Shown: positions 1 through 11,100 of the stretch, piece after piece
How the letters are laid out: every line of letters starts with the position of its first letter
Position numbering within the stretch: the first letter of the stretch is position 1
Assembly (NCBI GenBank): GCA_964057225.1
Contig: OZ059900.1
Location: 10,230,001-10,294,000, forward strand
Direction of reading: 5' to 3'
DNA from: Auanema rhodensis
Taxonomy: Eukaryota > Animalia > Nematoda
Length of the DNA stretch: 64,000 nucleotides
The notes under the pieces: generated by a model
Seen by the model: only the letters and a program-made list of their open reading frames with translations
What the model was told of the DNA's origin: nothing
Databases searched by the model: none
Position numbers and translations under genes: made by a program

Positions 1-520
1 ATCAACCAGCTTCCTGAATCCATCTTCTCTCATGAGCCCTATGAACAATTCAAGTCTATGTATTAGTATGTGCTGAGCTATTTTCTTGTTGCAGCTATAA
101 TATTTTAGCGACGAAAATGTTGTAGAAGGGTTACAAGTTTGCGTTCAATTAATGCCCAAAAGTCACCGCGAAAATCTCAAATATTTCTTGAAATTCTTGA
201 TTGAGTACATCAAGTTTTCTCGTCTCTTCGAGTAAGAACACCTATGGCTTTCATATCATATTTGTTTTTCAGAAGTGAGATCATTTTCCTGGCTCAAAAA
301 CTTGGTGACTGTATGTTCAGTGGTCGGTATCGTGCATTCCCGAGAAGGAATCGAGAACTGGTATCTTTAATGGAAATTTAATCCGTTTTTAATTTGAAAC
401 TTACAGGTTATGCTAGCATTTATTGAGAATTTTGTAGACATTTTTTATCCAACCCGCGTCCTGAAGCTTAGGAGAACTACTAAGAGAAAGTATAGGGCTT
501 TCAAAATTTGGCTCCGATAA
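1..520 (+). CDS. RhoGAP-like domain protein, 3' exons only (gene starts before the window)
   Basis: Spliced exons (<1-59, ~96-231, 273-360, 407-520) read INQLPESIFSHEPYEQF...VQLMPKSHRENLKYFLKFL...LAQKLGDCMF...VMLAFIENFVDIF. These match RhoGAP C-terminal helices (LPEPL, LPxxNRxxLKYL, LIENxxxIF). TAA at 518-520; AATAAA downstream. Confidence 0.75.
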
Positions 521-1775
521 GATGTACCATGAGCAACTTAGATTTTAACTCATTTCCTGTGAAAATTGCATGCCTAAGCTCTAACGAGAGTTTTAAATTT
601 TATCCGTTTAAGCGTATTCAATTGATAGTCTCGCTTTCTTTGTAAGATATGTGATTCTTAGAACGTTGATCGTCGTTTTATAATAAATATATTCTGTAAC
701 AGAGAATATACCAACATGATTGTGCTTTTTGTTTTTATGATTGTTTCAATAATAAAGATGTCTCGTTTTTCTCGTCAACTACAATCTAAGGAAGTGGTGG
801 GATTAAAAAAACGTATTTTTTGTTGAGTTAAAGTTTCATAACTACGGGATAGTAAATCGCCTTAGGATTTTTTCAAATGCGTGAGGAACTATGGCGAAAT
901 TCTTATAATAAATAATTTTTTTTAAAATTAGTAATGAATAGCTTATACTAAAAGACATACTCCATGAGCACATCAAAATATATAGATTCTACATCAAATC
1001 AAAAAAGAAATTTTATAAAAATTACCATATAAAGCTATCCCTTGTTCACAAAAACTTGATTCAAACATATTTTTTACAAAAAAAACAACGAAAATTTAGG
1101 AAAAGTTAGGAATTTATAAACTAGTTAGTTATATGAACAAACAAAAATTAATATATGGCTAGAAATAGAAATAATAAATTATATTTTGATTGATTAAAGG
1201 TTGGTTTACTTGGAGGTTCGAAGGTTACGTTTTTTGTATTTTGTTCCCTTTTTACAGGTTCTCATTTGGATGAATCAAGAATTGGAGTTTGATATTATAA
1301 GCCTTTTTTTCTTGTTTTCAGTTATATAATCTAGTGAAATTTCTAAGTATCTTCAAACAAATTAGTTTTATAAACTTGGTGTAGATTGTGTTTGCTAATC
1401 TTTTGTTTTCTGAAATTTGTAAAAATAAACATGAAAACCTCAATTCAACCTTATTTAACTTGTACTTAATAATAGAATTAGAATTAAAATAGAATTATTA
1501 CATGTGATTCTATATGAATAATGATGATTTGAAATTAAAAAGTTTTTATAAGACTAAGAAAACGTTGGTATTGACTCATTCTTTAGTATTATATGTTTCA
1601 TACATGTCATACAAAAATTTACCAGAATAATTCATAATATATCTTATACGAATTCAATTACAACCAAACTATATACTCTATAAGAAATTCATCGGAGGTC
1701 ATAGAAAAAAGCGAATTTTTAACATTTTATTCATCAATGATCTTTTTTTCATAACAAAATGTAAATAACATCAAT

Positions 1776-2452
1776 TATTAAGAAGACATGTCATCAAAAA
1801 TTTTACAAACACTTCTTTTTCTTTCCCAGCATCAACAAGAATTTTTACTTTTTTCACATTGTTTTTATTTTGAGCTATTTTTACCTCACCAGCATAAGTA
1901 GGGTTGAACACCTTGAAAACAGTTGTAAGCAATGAAAAGTTTAGGATTTTACCATGAAGCCTCCAAAGTTCGACGCAAATTGGACAGATAAGATGGATCT
2001 CGTCTTGAGTTCATACCAATTAGTAGGACTGGTGAAATTTTTCTGTCTCTCGTATGTCATAGTTTTCCCATTCAGGCTATAGCCAATTGGAACAATCTTG
2101 AAAACAAACGTAGAATTTGAAAATAAAACATGAACACACTGAAGTTTCGTTCACATCAAATTGAACTATAGGAGTATCATTGGCAGTTGTCAGCAACAAA
2201 ACCCAATTAATATAAGATTTTAAGTGAATGTTTAGAACAATTTTATCATTATAATCGTAAGTATGTTCGCTAATAATTACCTAGAATTCAAAATCATTTT
2301 TGAAATAATTGAAATAGGAAAACAGTATACTTTAGAATATGTCTCGCTTATCAGAAAGAAGAATATGTGTAACGTTAGAGCTTGGTAGAACATTGAAAAT
2401 GAGAGCTCTCCAATCAAAACTCAAATGCACTTGAATAGTATTCATATATACC
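1776..2452 (-). pseudogene. Multi-exon gene remnant of unknown family
   Basis: Exons ~2280-2155 (VIISEHTYDYNDKIVLNIHLKSYINWVLLLTTANDTPIVQFD), ~2097-1954 (IVPIGYSLNGKTMTYERQKNFTSPTNWYELK...FGGFM) and ~1912 onward (VFNPTYAGE) join in phase across short GT-AG introns. The flanking exons need frameshifts. Confidence 0.4.
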
Positions 2453-2654
2453 TATGAAATCCGTAGATACAACACCATGGTTTCAATGAAATAGCCACAA
2501 AAACGTTAGGTTTGAAGAGTTTCATTAACTTATTCTAGGAAAACCCTAACGACGTATATGATGCATATAATAGCAAATAATGATCCTTAGTTATTTGGAA
2601 ATATATTCAACGTAGAAATTTCAATAGAAATAACAAATATCGAGGCTAGCGATT

Positions 2655-3019
2655 ATTTTTTTAATGTTTTTATCAGTTTTTCTTTTCTTTCAGACTTTCT
2701 TGTGTTTTCAATTATTTTTCCTTTATTTTTGTCTTTTTTATGTTGTACTTTTCTTTCTTTTCACAAGCAGATTCTATGATTCAACCTCAACAGAGAACAG
2801 ACTATCTATTTCTTTGCTGAAATCGTTAGCATTTTTACTAATAAAATATTCACTGATTTCTGTTCTATTGATTTTTAGCGTAATACCGACAACGAAATAC
2901 CTTTGCCGAAGCGACATTGGTCCGTTGACTATTAGGATTCAGGTCTCTATTTCAACAGGTATTTTATCATTTAACTTGGTGGCGAATCTTAAGTCCATCA
3001 GCTCAGGTTTGAAAATTAT
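2655..3019 (-). pseudogene. Decayed exon; diverged third copy of the 3691/8988 repeat unit
   Basis: After a CTGCAG acceptor the frame reads IIFKPELMDLRFATK...MSLRQRYFVVG...NDFSKEIDSLFSVEVES...KKEK with two in-frame stops. 2655-2917 aligns by eye (roughly 70%) to ~3705-4010. Confidence 0.5.
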
Positions 3020-3037
3020 CTGCAGTAATAAAAATAA

Positions 3038-3690
3038 TTTCGAAGCTTAATAACGCTTCAAGATACGCCAAGTCGTATATCTTTCATTGATAAAACTTTC
3101 GGCAAATCCACTAAAAAGATTTGGATTTGTGTTTTTTGTTGTAGAAAAGGATATCCATCTTATTACTGCCGAAATTATGACACACCACAGAAAAAATGTG
3201 AAATCTTAAAGAACAAAGAAGTATGCTGGCTTTGTTTCTCCCCTTCACATCGCAGTCGTGATAGTTCTCGACCAAAATACCCGAAATGCAAAAATAAGCA
3301 GAACAATTGTTTATATTTGAATTTACAACGGGCTAAAAGCGAACCATCATTTCAGGAAGAATTGAAAGATCCTTCCTATTCTAATTTACCCACATCTATT
3401 CGACCTCTTGTTCTCGCTGAACATCGTTTGAACCGAAAGTTCCAATATTTGAGTGAATATTTGGACGATAACTTCAGAATTATCTCTGAAGCTATGAAAG
3501 TTCTGAATGAAACTCAGAACTTAATTCGTGATCAAACTCAGCCAGCGAAAACATGCCTATTTTGCGATCAAGTGACTACTGATGGTCACCGCACAGGCAA
3601 CTGTCCCATCTATTCATCTATTATGGAGCGTGGAATACGCTCTCATCCATTGAAATTATGCCGGTATTGTATATCAGCTGAACATGGCAG
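3038..3690 (+). mobile_element. BEL/Pao-type Gag zinc-knuckle remnant
   Basis: One stop-free frame from 3038 contains CVFCCRKGYPSYYC...VCWLCFSPSH...KCKNKQNNCL and then CLFCDQVTTDGHRTGNCPIY...LCRYCISAEH. This is the CxxC..H..C / LCxxC...H pattern of nematode Pao Gag. The Gag similarity stops at the repeat starting 3691. Confidence 0.65.
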
Positions 3691-4055
3691 TGTCACGGTT
3701 AGTGTGTATTTTCATATGTTTTCCCTCGCTGTTTTTGGTTTTTTTTTTCAGATTTTCTTGGCTTATCATTATTTTCCTTTATTCTTCTCAATTTCAGATT
3801 GTATTTTTTAAGACGCCTTTATACATCTTTAAGGATGTCGAAAGAAGATACCTCAACCCAACTTCAACGGAGTAAAAACTATCAATGTTTGGTTGAAATT
3901 GTTAACTTTTCTAATAAAGTATTCTACCACTGATTATCTGTTCTAATAATCCTCATCGACATATTATCAAATCTATCGACATCAGAATACCTATCACTGT
4001 AGTGACATCAAACTGTAAATCAAAAGTAATGAAAAGCTCTGTTTACGACTGATGA
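3691..4055 (+). repeat. Outer inverted-repeat arm (left), partner 8625-8988
   Basis: TGTCACGGTTAGTGTG...GACTGATGA is a near-identical reverse complement of 8625-8988. The ORF track shows the same peptide on opposite strands (3684+ and 8805-). Confidence 0.95.
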
Positions 4056-4067
4056 GGGATGAAACAA

Positions 4068-4134
4068 GCCTACACAGTGGTGACGCGTTGGCCTTGTAAA
4101 CCAAAGATCGGTGGTTCAATCCCGCCTGGATGCA
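4068..4134 (+). pseudogene. tRNA-Thr(TGT) pseudogene or tRNA-derived element
   Basis: Anticodon arm TTGGC-CTTGTAA-ACCAA, T arm GGTGG-TTCAATC-CCGCC, 3' TGGATGCA followed by a T run. The 5' acceptor/D region is shortened and one anticodon-stem pair is broken. Confidence 0.75.
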
Positions 4135-5205
4135 AGTTTTATAACATTTTGAATCTTGTGTACATGAAAATGTGTATTTGAAGATATTGTTTCAATCAAT
4201 AATATGATATAACATATTAATCAATATAATATATTGTTGTTTTAATTAGATGAACTGTTTGCTCTATTAATACGCGGGAATATATTATATTTTAAATAAA
4301 AAATACTTCAAATGTAATAATGATTATATTTTCAATTACTATTTTTTCTTATATATATATCTAGTTAGATACTTTTTTTTTAAATTATTGTTTAAAATTT
4401 GATAACAACATGACAGTTCCAAAGCCATTGATGACAGAATATGAGGAGACTAGAAGGTATTTCAAAGAAATTATATATAACAAGGATTAAACATAGTGAG
4501 TTGTAAACTATATGCTAAATTCTAAAAACTTTTTCCCTTTGCCTTGTAAATTATGTTATTTGTATTCAAATAATTTAGTATTCGAAAAATATGGAAAAAC
4601 AAAAAATAGGCAACATGGTCTGAAGGCTTTCCAACCGAAAAATGACATTTTTCGAAAATAATGATACAATTTTGAGGAATTTTTGAATTTTGTTTTGATA
4701 AACTCGATACAATTTTGAGGACTGAACGTGACTCAGGTAAAGGAATGGAAGAGCTAAATTCTAGAAAGTTATCTTTCATAGTTTTTAAAATTTTTACAAA
4801 CAAAACATGTAAAAAGCTTTTCATACAACGTTTATTCGTTTTGTAGTTTTGGTCTAACTATTCGAAAGAAGTTTGGTTTTTCAATTCTTTAACCCTACAC
4901 AACAATCTGCCAAATCAGGGATATCTTCAAAATAAACTAGTAATCTGCCCCCATATGGCATACGGTGCACAACTATGTCAGGTCAACCTAATCGTTTGAA
5001 CAGAAAAATCAATTATAACGGGCCTCTCAAGACCCTATTATTCTAATTTTGAATCCTCACTATCTATTTAGTGAGGAAAAAAAAAAGAATCTGATTCAGA
5101 TAAGTGATTCATTCCAACATGAATCTCAATAAAGAAACCGTATTCTCCTTAGTTCCTTATTGATTTTTGCTCTGTCATATATTGTATTTTAACATGAAAT
5201 AGTAT

Positions 5206-5276
5206 AACATCTTGGTGTAATGGTTGTATTCCAGGTTAGTTGATAAACTCTCCTTGGATCATATCCTCTCCAGGTA
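5206..5276 (+). other. Degenerate tRNA-like A/B-box module 1 (mirror copy 7264-7334, -)
   Basis: A-box TGGTGTAATGG at 5213 and B-box-like GGATCATATCC at 5256; 43-nt spacing as in tRNAs. Confidence 0.45.
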
Positions 5277-5507
5277 AGTTACAAAAATAAAAATATTCAC
5301 AACTCTCTCTCTATCTATCTCTCCCTCAAAACCACACTCAATTGCAAAATGTCCTTCCTACTTCATCATGCATTCCCTCTATATATAATGAATGCCTTAT
5401 ATCAGCTTCACAATCCTTGATTCTGGTGTAAACAACGATTTCCTCCATTTTGTGGTTAATTATCGTACTTATCACCTGATTTATGAGAATTAAACAATAT
5501 TAATATG

Positions 5508-5577
5508 AACATAGTAGTCTAGTGGTCCGAGTATTGGACTGCATTCTACACGAGCAAGTACAATCCCTTTCTGCGTT
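5508..5577 (+). other. Degenerate tRNA-like A/B-box module 2 (mirror copy 6959-7028, -)
   Basis: A-box TAGTCTAGTGG at 5515 (TGGTCTAGTGG in the mirror copy) and B-box-like AGTACAATCCC at 5557. Acceptor-like stem AACATAG/CTGCGTT followed by a T run. Confidence 0.5.
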
Positions 5578-6234
5578 TTTTAAGAAAATCGATAGCGAAT
5601 CGAAAATCCAAAAAAAGCTCGGATGGATTTTGAACAAGAAAAAGTGATCATTTTGGTATTTAAAAGCTGATATCTCTGTTCAAACTCAATATTTTTGAAT
5701 TTTAATTGAGTCCTTCTGTAATTCTGAATCACTGCTTCCTGCTCACAAAGATTTAAAATACTTTTTTTTTTGGTTTCAAAGTTATGGCTACCTGTGTGCT
5801 CAATTTCAAAGCATTTCCTTAAATTTTTTAGTTTTTGAAGAAATCATCCCATTCCATGTACTCCCCTCTTACCTACTTTTTCACTGAAAACATCAATCAT
5901 CCTAGAAACATTTGAAAAATTTCTAATTTTTTTGTTAATTATATGATATCAACTATAACGACTTAAAGGTTTAGAGAAGAAACAACGTAAAGATTGCTCT
6001 TCTTATACTTGGAATCTTAGTTTCTCATTATATTCTCCTTTGTAAAACCTTTGAACATCAAAACGAGATTGTCAATACATTGGAAGATGAAACAAGGATA
6101 ATCTTAGAATATATATCTGAGTTCATATCACATAGTTAACTATGACATATAAATAACGTCAAATACTACAATTATCTAAAACTCTTCTGAACCTATAAAA
6201 GTAAAAAAACTTCAGAGTAGACGGTTTATCGATC

Positions 6235-7205
6235 GATTTTAGGTCGAAAAGTAGGTAAGGGGGGAGTACATGGAATGGGATCTTTTCTTCAAAAATAAAA
6301 AATTTTAAGGAAATGCTTTGAAATTGATCACATAAGTAAATCAAACTTGTAGAAGTAGATAGATAATTGCGAGTTTCTGAAAATTCGTCTGAACGGAGAT
6401 ATATCCTTCTGAATACTCAACGTCAACAACTTTAAAGTCTCATAACTCCTTCAGAAGTGAAAATTGAAAATCGGGATTTTCAAATTTGAAATCAGCATGT
6501 TCAACTCTATCGTTTGAGCTAGTTAAAAGTTAGAAAACGCAATATTTTTATTTTTCAAACCTGAAAATGGCTAATTTCATTAATTTTCAAAATTTCAAAG
6601 TGCTCCAAACTTCAATATAGACAGTTCATTCGATAGATCTCAGTACGTAGATTGTGAATCCGATCGAAAATTGTTGAAAATCTTAATGATTAAGGAGATA
6701 GAGCTGTTCAAAGTCTAACTTTAGGCTTCATATCTCATATTCATGCAGCTATAACTCTCAAACCAAAAGAGAAAGTATTTGAAAATTCTGTGAGCGAGAA
6801 GCAGTGATTCATAACTACAGAAAGACTCAATTAAAATTTAAAAATATTGAGTTTGAACAGAGATATCAGCTTTTAAATACCAAAATGATCACTTTTTCTT
6901 GTTCAAAATCCATCCGAGCGTTTTTTGGATTCTCGACATGCTATCGATTTTCTTAAAAAACGCAGAAAGGGATTGTACTTGCTCGTGTAGAATGCAGTCC
7001 AATACTCGGACCACTAGACCACTATGTTCATAGTAATATTGTTTAATTCTCATAAATCAGGTGATAAGTACGATAATTAACCACAAAATGGAAGAAATCG
7101 TTGTTTACACCAGAATCAAGGATTGTGAAGCTGATATAAGGTATTCAGTATATATAGAGGGAATGCATGATGAAGTAGGAAGGAGATATTGCAATTGAGT
7201 GTGGT

Positions 7206-7239
<34 letters not shown>

Positions 7240-7820
7240 GTGAATATTTTTATTTTTGTAACTTACCTGGAGAGGATATGATCCAAGGAGAGTTTATCAA
7301 CTAACCTGGAATACAACCATTACACCAAGATGTTATACTATTACATGTTAAAATACAATATATGACAGAGCAAAAATCAATAAGGAACTAAAGAGAATAC
7401 GGTTTCTTTATTGAGATTCATGTTGGAATGAATCTCTTATCTGAATCAGATTCTTTTTATTTTCCTCACTAAATAGATAGTGAGGATTCAAAATTAGAAT
7501 AAAAGGGTCTTGAGAGTCCCGTTATAATTAATTTTTCTGCTTAAACGATTAGGTTGACCTCACATAGTTGTGCACCGTATGCCACATGGGGGGCAGATTA
7601 CTTGTTCATTTTGAAGATATCCCTGATTTGGCAGATTGTTGTGTAGGGTTAAAGAATTGAAAAACCAAACTTCTTTCAAATAGTTAGACCAAAACTATAA
7701 AACGAATAAACGGTGTTTGGATAGCCTGGTCTTCTAACATTGCAATTCTAGAATTCAGCTCTTTCATTCCATTAGCCGAGTCAGGTTCAGTCTTCAAAAT
7801 TGTATCTAGTTCATCAAAAC
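6235..7820 (-). repeat. Inner inverted-repeat right arm, with ~400 bp extra segment (6340-6745)
   Basis: Direct reverse-complement match to 4692-5890. The (GA)n at ~7209-7237 mirrors the (CT)n at ~5304-5326. Confidence 0.95.
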
Positions 7821-7970
7821 GATCATATCTCTCTAATCGAATTCGCGTGATCTCTCTTTTATATTCAGCAATACGATCTTGGATGATTTTCTTATGAGCG
7901 TTGTCACGATCGCAAAAAATATCATAATCGCTATACAAGGGTGCATCTATTTCATATGATCTAGTGACAA
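7684..7970 (-). pseudogene. Coiled-coil-like exon overlapping the right foldback arm
   Basis: TTTTCTTAG acceptor, then an open frame VTRSYEIDAPLYSDY...IAEYKREITRIRLERYDRFDELDTILKTEPDSANGMKELNSRIAMLEDQ. A decayed partial copy lies at 4692-4765 (+). Confidence 0.4.
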
Positions 7971-8242
7971 CTAAGAAAATAAATCAATAATAGCTAACCA
8001 TATCATATAATTTATATTGAGAAAAAAAAAGAAAGATAATTCAGAGTGACGAGAGGCAATTACCTAGACCTAGAACCTAGAAATTAAAAATTAAATTATA
8101 AAAAAACCTGTATAATGAATCAATAATATGCCAAAGACTTTTGAATCAATGACAGTGATAATCAAAAAATCCGCGTATCAATGGAGCGCATATCTGATTA
8201 TCAATAATTATTTTCTGAAAATTTTTTTTCTTAAAAAAGAAA

Positions 8243-8361
8243 AGCTTACGGCACCCGGGATTCCCAAGCCGTCTCCGATCCAAGTACTAACCGGGCCCAA
8301 CGTTGCTTGACTTGCCAGATCGGACGGGATGGCGTACTTTCAACGTGGTATGGTCGTAAGC
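8243..8361 (-). rRNA. 5S rRNA, single dispersed copy
   Basis: 119 nt GCTTACGACCATACCACGTTGAAAG...AGTACTTGGATCGGAGACGGCTTGGGAATCCCGGGTGCCGTAAGCT, closely matching nematode 5S. Followed by a T-rich Pol III terminator. Confidence 0.95.
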
Positions 8362-8624
8362 GAACTAAAAGGTTAGTTTTGCGGTTATCATAGTGAACTT
8401 CGCTGACCGTGGTATCCGAAAGTGAGCAAGTTTTGGCAGAAATAGAACATCTGGGTAATACTCTGCCCGGATTTTAGCATTACTCAATGTATTATGATGG
8501 AAAATCATCACATGAATCCATATATTAAATGAATTTCCCATTATTACCTACATTTCCATGTCAGTTAAGGTTCGATTACAAAACGAAAAATTGGATATCA
8601 GTAGTATATAAGATGCTGACGCTG

Positions 8625-8988
8625 TCATCAGTCGTAAACAGAGCTTTTCATTACTTTTGATTTACAGTTTGATGTCACTACAGTGATAGGTATTCTGATG
8701 TCGATAGATTTGATAATATGTCGATGAGGATTATTAGAACAGATAATCAGTGGTAGAATACTTTATTAGAAAAGTTAACAATTTCAACCAAACATTGATA
8801 GTTTTTACTCCGTTGAAGTTGGGTTGAGGTATCTTCTTTCGACATTCTTAAAGATGTATAAAGGCGTCTTAAAAAATACAATCTGAAATTGAGAAGAATA
8901 AAGGAAAATAATGATAAGCCAAGAAAATCTGAAAAAAAAACCAAAAACAGCGAGGGAAAACATATGAAAATACACACTGACCGTGACA
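8625..8988 (-). repeat. Outer inverted-repeat arm (right), partner 3691-4055
   Basis: Near-identical reverse complement of 3691-4055. The unit 8623-8988 is bounded by TGTCA...TGACA. Confidence 0.95.
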
Positions 8989-9597
8989 TTTATTTGTAAA
9001 TTCATAATAGAAGAAAAGTTTTGAAGAAATAGTCATAACTGACAAAACATTAAACTACGCTCAATGCTATTTGAAATAACTAACTAGTGCTTCTGATATT
9101 GTATATTCATGATATTTAAGAAATTTAATCAAGTTTTGCTATATCGTGATTTGAGAGCTCTTTTCTCAATTTTCTTACCGTCAAGTCAGCGGAATCTGTC
9201 AGTTTTTCCATTTTCCTGTTAGTGTTCATAATTATAATAAGAATCTTCCTGATTTAATTATAAAAAACAGTTGGCATTAAATTGTTTCTTATTTTAACGA
9301 TTGATTTTGCTTGTTTTATTTCAGTGTATGTTTAGTCACTTATTAAGCACGTGTTGTACGATTCTTATCAGTAAAAGATGTTTCTATTCCTTTTGTTCAA
9401 CATATGTTGCGTATAATCTGTTTAAGCTTTTCGATATAATCAATTTGATCTGTAAATATTTTTTTATTTATCAGTTTTTACAACTTTTAAGTTTTCTTTT
9501 TTGTATCTATTTACACGTATAATTCAACAATGAGATAATTGATAACTGTACAAAAGCATTTTTGTGGTTGAAGAGAATGAATCTGCTTCATGGAATA

Positions 9598-10502
9598 TCA
9601 TTTAGTAATCTCACCAATATATTTATTTATTTCTTCTTTATCAGGATGATCAGCTACCTGCCATGAATCATCAATTGGATTTTTAATATTTTCCAAGCAA
9701 AGAGGACAACGGAACTGTGGACGATACTCTGTCTCATTTGCAATGCAGGTCAAACAAAATGAATGCAAGCAAGTGAGTAAAATCTGCAAAAACGTAACTT
9801 GGCTTCATTTTTTCAGCATATAATCATAGATTGTTTAATTTATTACAAATTTGGAAGTAATCTTATTTACCTCGTTACTTCGTTCCATGCAGATAACGCA
9901 TAGCCCGTCGTTGCAAGCACTGAAATAATAATATTGATTAATCATGTCTCAATAATATTTTTTTTATTATTATAGCAACCAGAACGTAAAATTAATTTAA
10001 AAAATTGTAAAACCTTTCATTCAGAATTATTGTGCTTGTTGTCATCCAATCCTGTGCATTAACATCGGCAACAGTTCGCATATCATATGCATTCATAAAA
10101 CTGTTGAAATCTAACATCTTACATCGCTTAATTGTTCGTTTTTGATCATCTTTCCTAACCTAAACTTTTGGTATTTAAAGTTTAAACATTTTAAACAAAA
10201 ACCTATCCACGTACATAATTAAAGAAATTTGTACAATTTACCTGGAAACATGCAACTGTTATGTCATCTTTCCAGCTGATGAACGAATCGGAATCTCTAT
10301 TAATTGTGAATAACAAGCGAGAATCATGATCCAGTTTCACAGTTGAAAAACTAAACAATAATTTAAAAAGGAAAATCATATTTTAATTATAATTAACTCA
10401 CTAATTATTCATTTCCCTGATACAGTCATAAAATTGTTTTTTAGTGATTGTTCGACGAGCTTCTAAAGCAGCATTCCGATTAGAGGATTTACTGTTTCCC
10501 AT
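9598..10502 (-). CDS. RNF141-like RING finger E3 ligase (5 exons)
   Basis: MGNSKSS myristoylation-type start. FYDCIREMNN, LLFTINRDSDSFISWK and KMLDFNSF resemble the RNF141 N-terminus. C3HC4 RING CVICMERSNE|ILLTCLHSFCLTC...CPLC is followed by DSWQVADHPDKEEINKYI (RNF141 ESWVVSDAP...NYI). Confidence 0.9.
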
Positions 10503-11100
10503 TACAGAAGTAAGAACTTCAGCTAAACATCAATAAATGTATAACAGAAGCAAGTAGTTATCGATGTTATGCTGTGTGTAGACTGACGCAGCGCGCGTGT
10601 GAATACGCGTTGCGTTGCAATTGCAGCTAGCATTTATTGATAACAAGGAACATAACACATGATTTTTTGAATTTTATTTTACCGTTGCTGACTCATGCTA
10701 TTACAGCAGATAACAGATAACTTGGAAGGTACATTACTTATTATTTTCATAAAATTTATATAATTATGAACAAAAAACTATTAAAGTAAGTGAAAAAAAG
10801 TTTTTTTTGTTAAAATAAACACAAAAAATGTTTGATACTTGACAAAATGGTAACTAATTGAAAGAAAGCACATGAGCTTTATTTCATATTATCATTATAA
10901 TTTTTTTTGATGAAATTAGCTAACAGAAATATAATTGCAATTATGAAATAGTAAAGTAACATTAACATAGTTTGAAATATAGATATTGAGTGTGAGTATC
11001 ATTTTGGTATGATTCATATTATGCAATATATTACAGGGGAAAAAAAGGAAGAGATTAGACTGTAATCATCATATCAATACATATGTATATTCAAGTTGTT

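Larger units (their letters stand above)
4692..5890 (+). repeat. Inner inverted-repeat (foldback) left arm
   Basis: 4829-5790 is the reverse complement of ~6746-7712 at high identity. 5789-5890 pairs with ~6235-6338. 4692-4765 pairs with ~7748-7820 at lower identity. Confidence 0.95.

Noticed and set aside
8440-8470. SL RNA-like TATTACCCAGATG upstream of 5S (minus strand)
   Set aside because: No full 22-nt leader, AGGT donor or Sm site.
8488-8988. Definite solo LTR
   Set aside because: TG...CA ends, TATA and AATAAA exist, but none of three candidate starts (8488, 8559, 8623) gives a target-site duplication, and the unit shows coding-like conservation. Kept only as a hypothesis.
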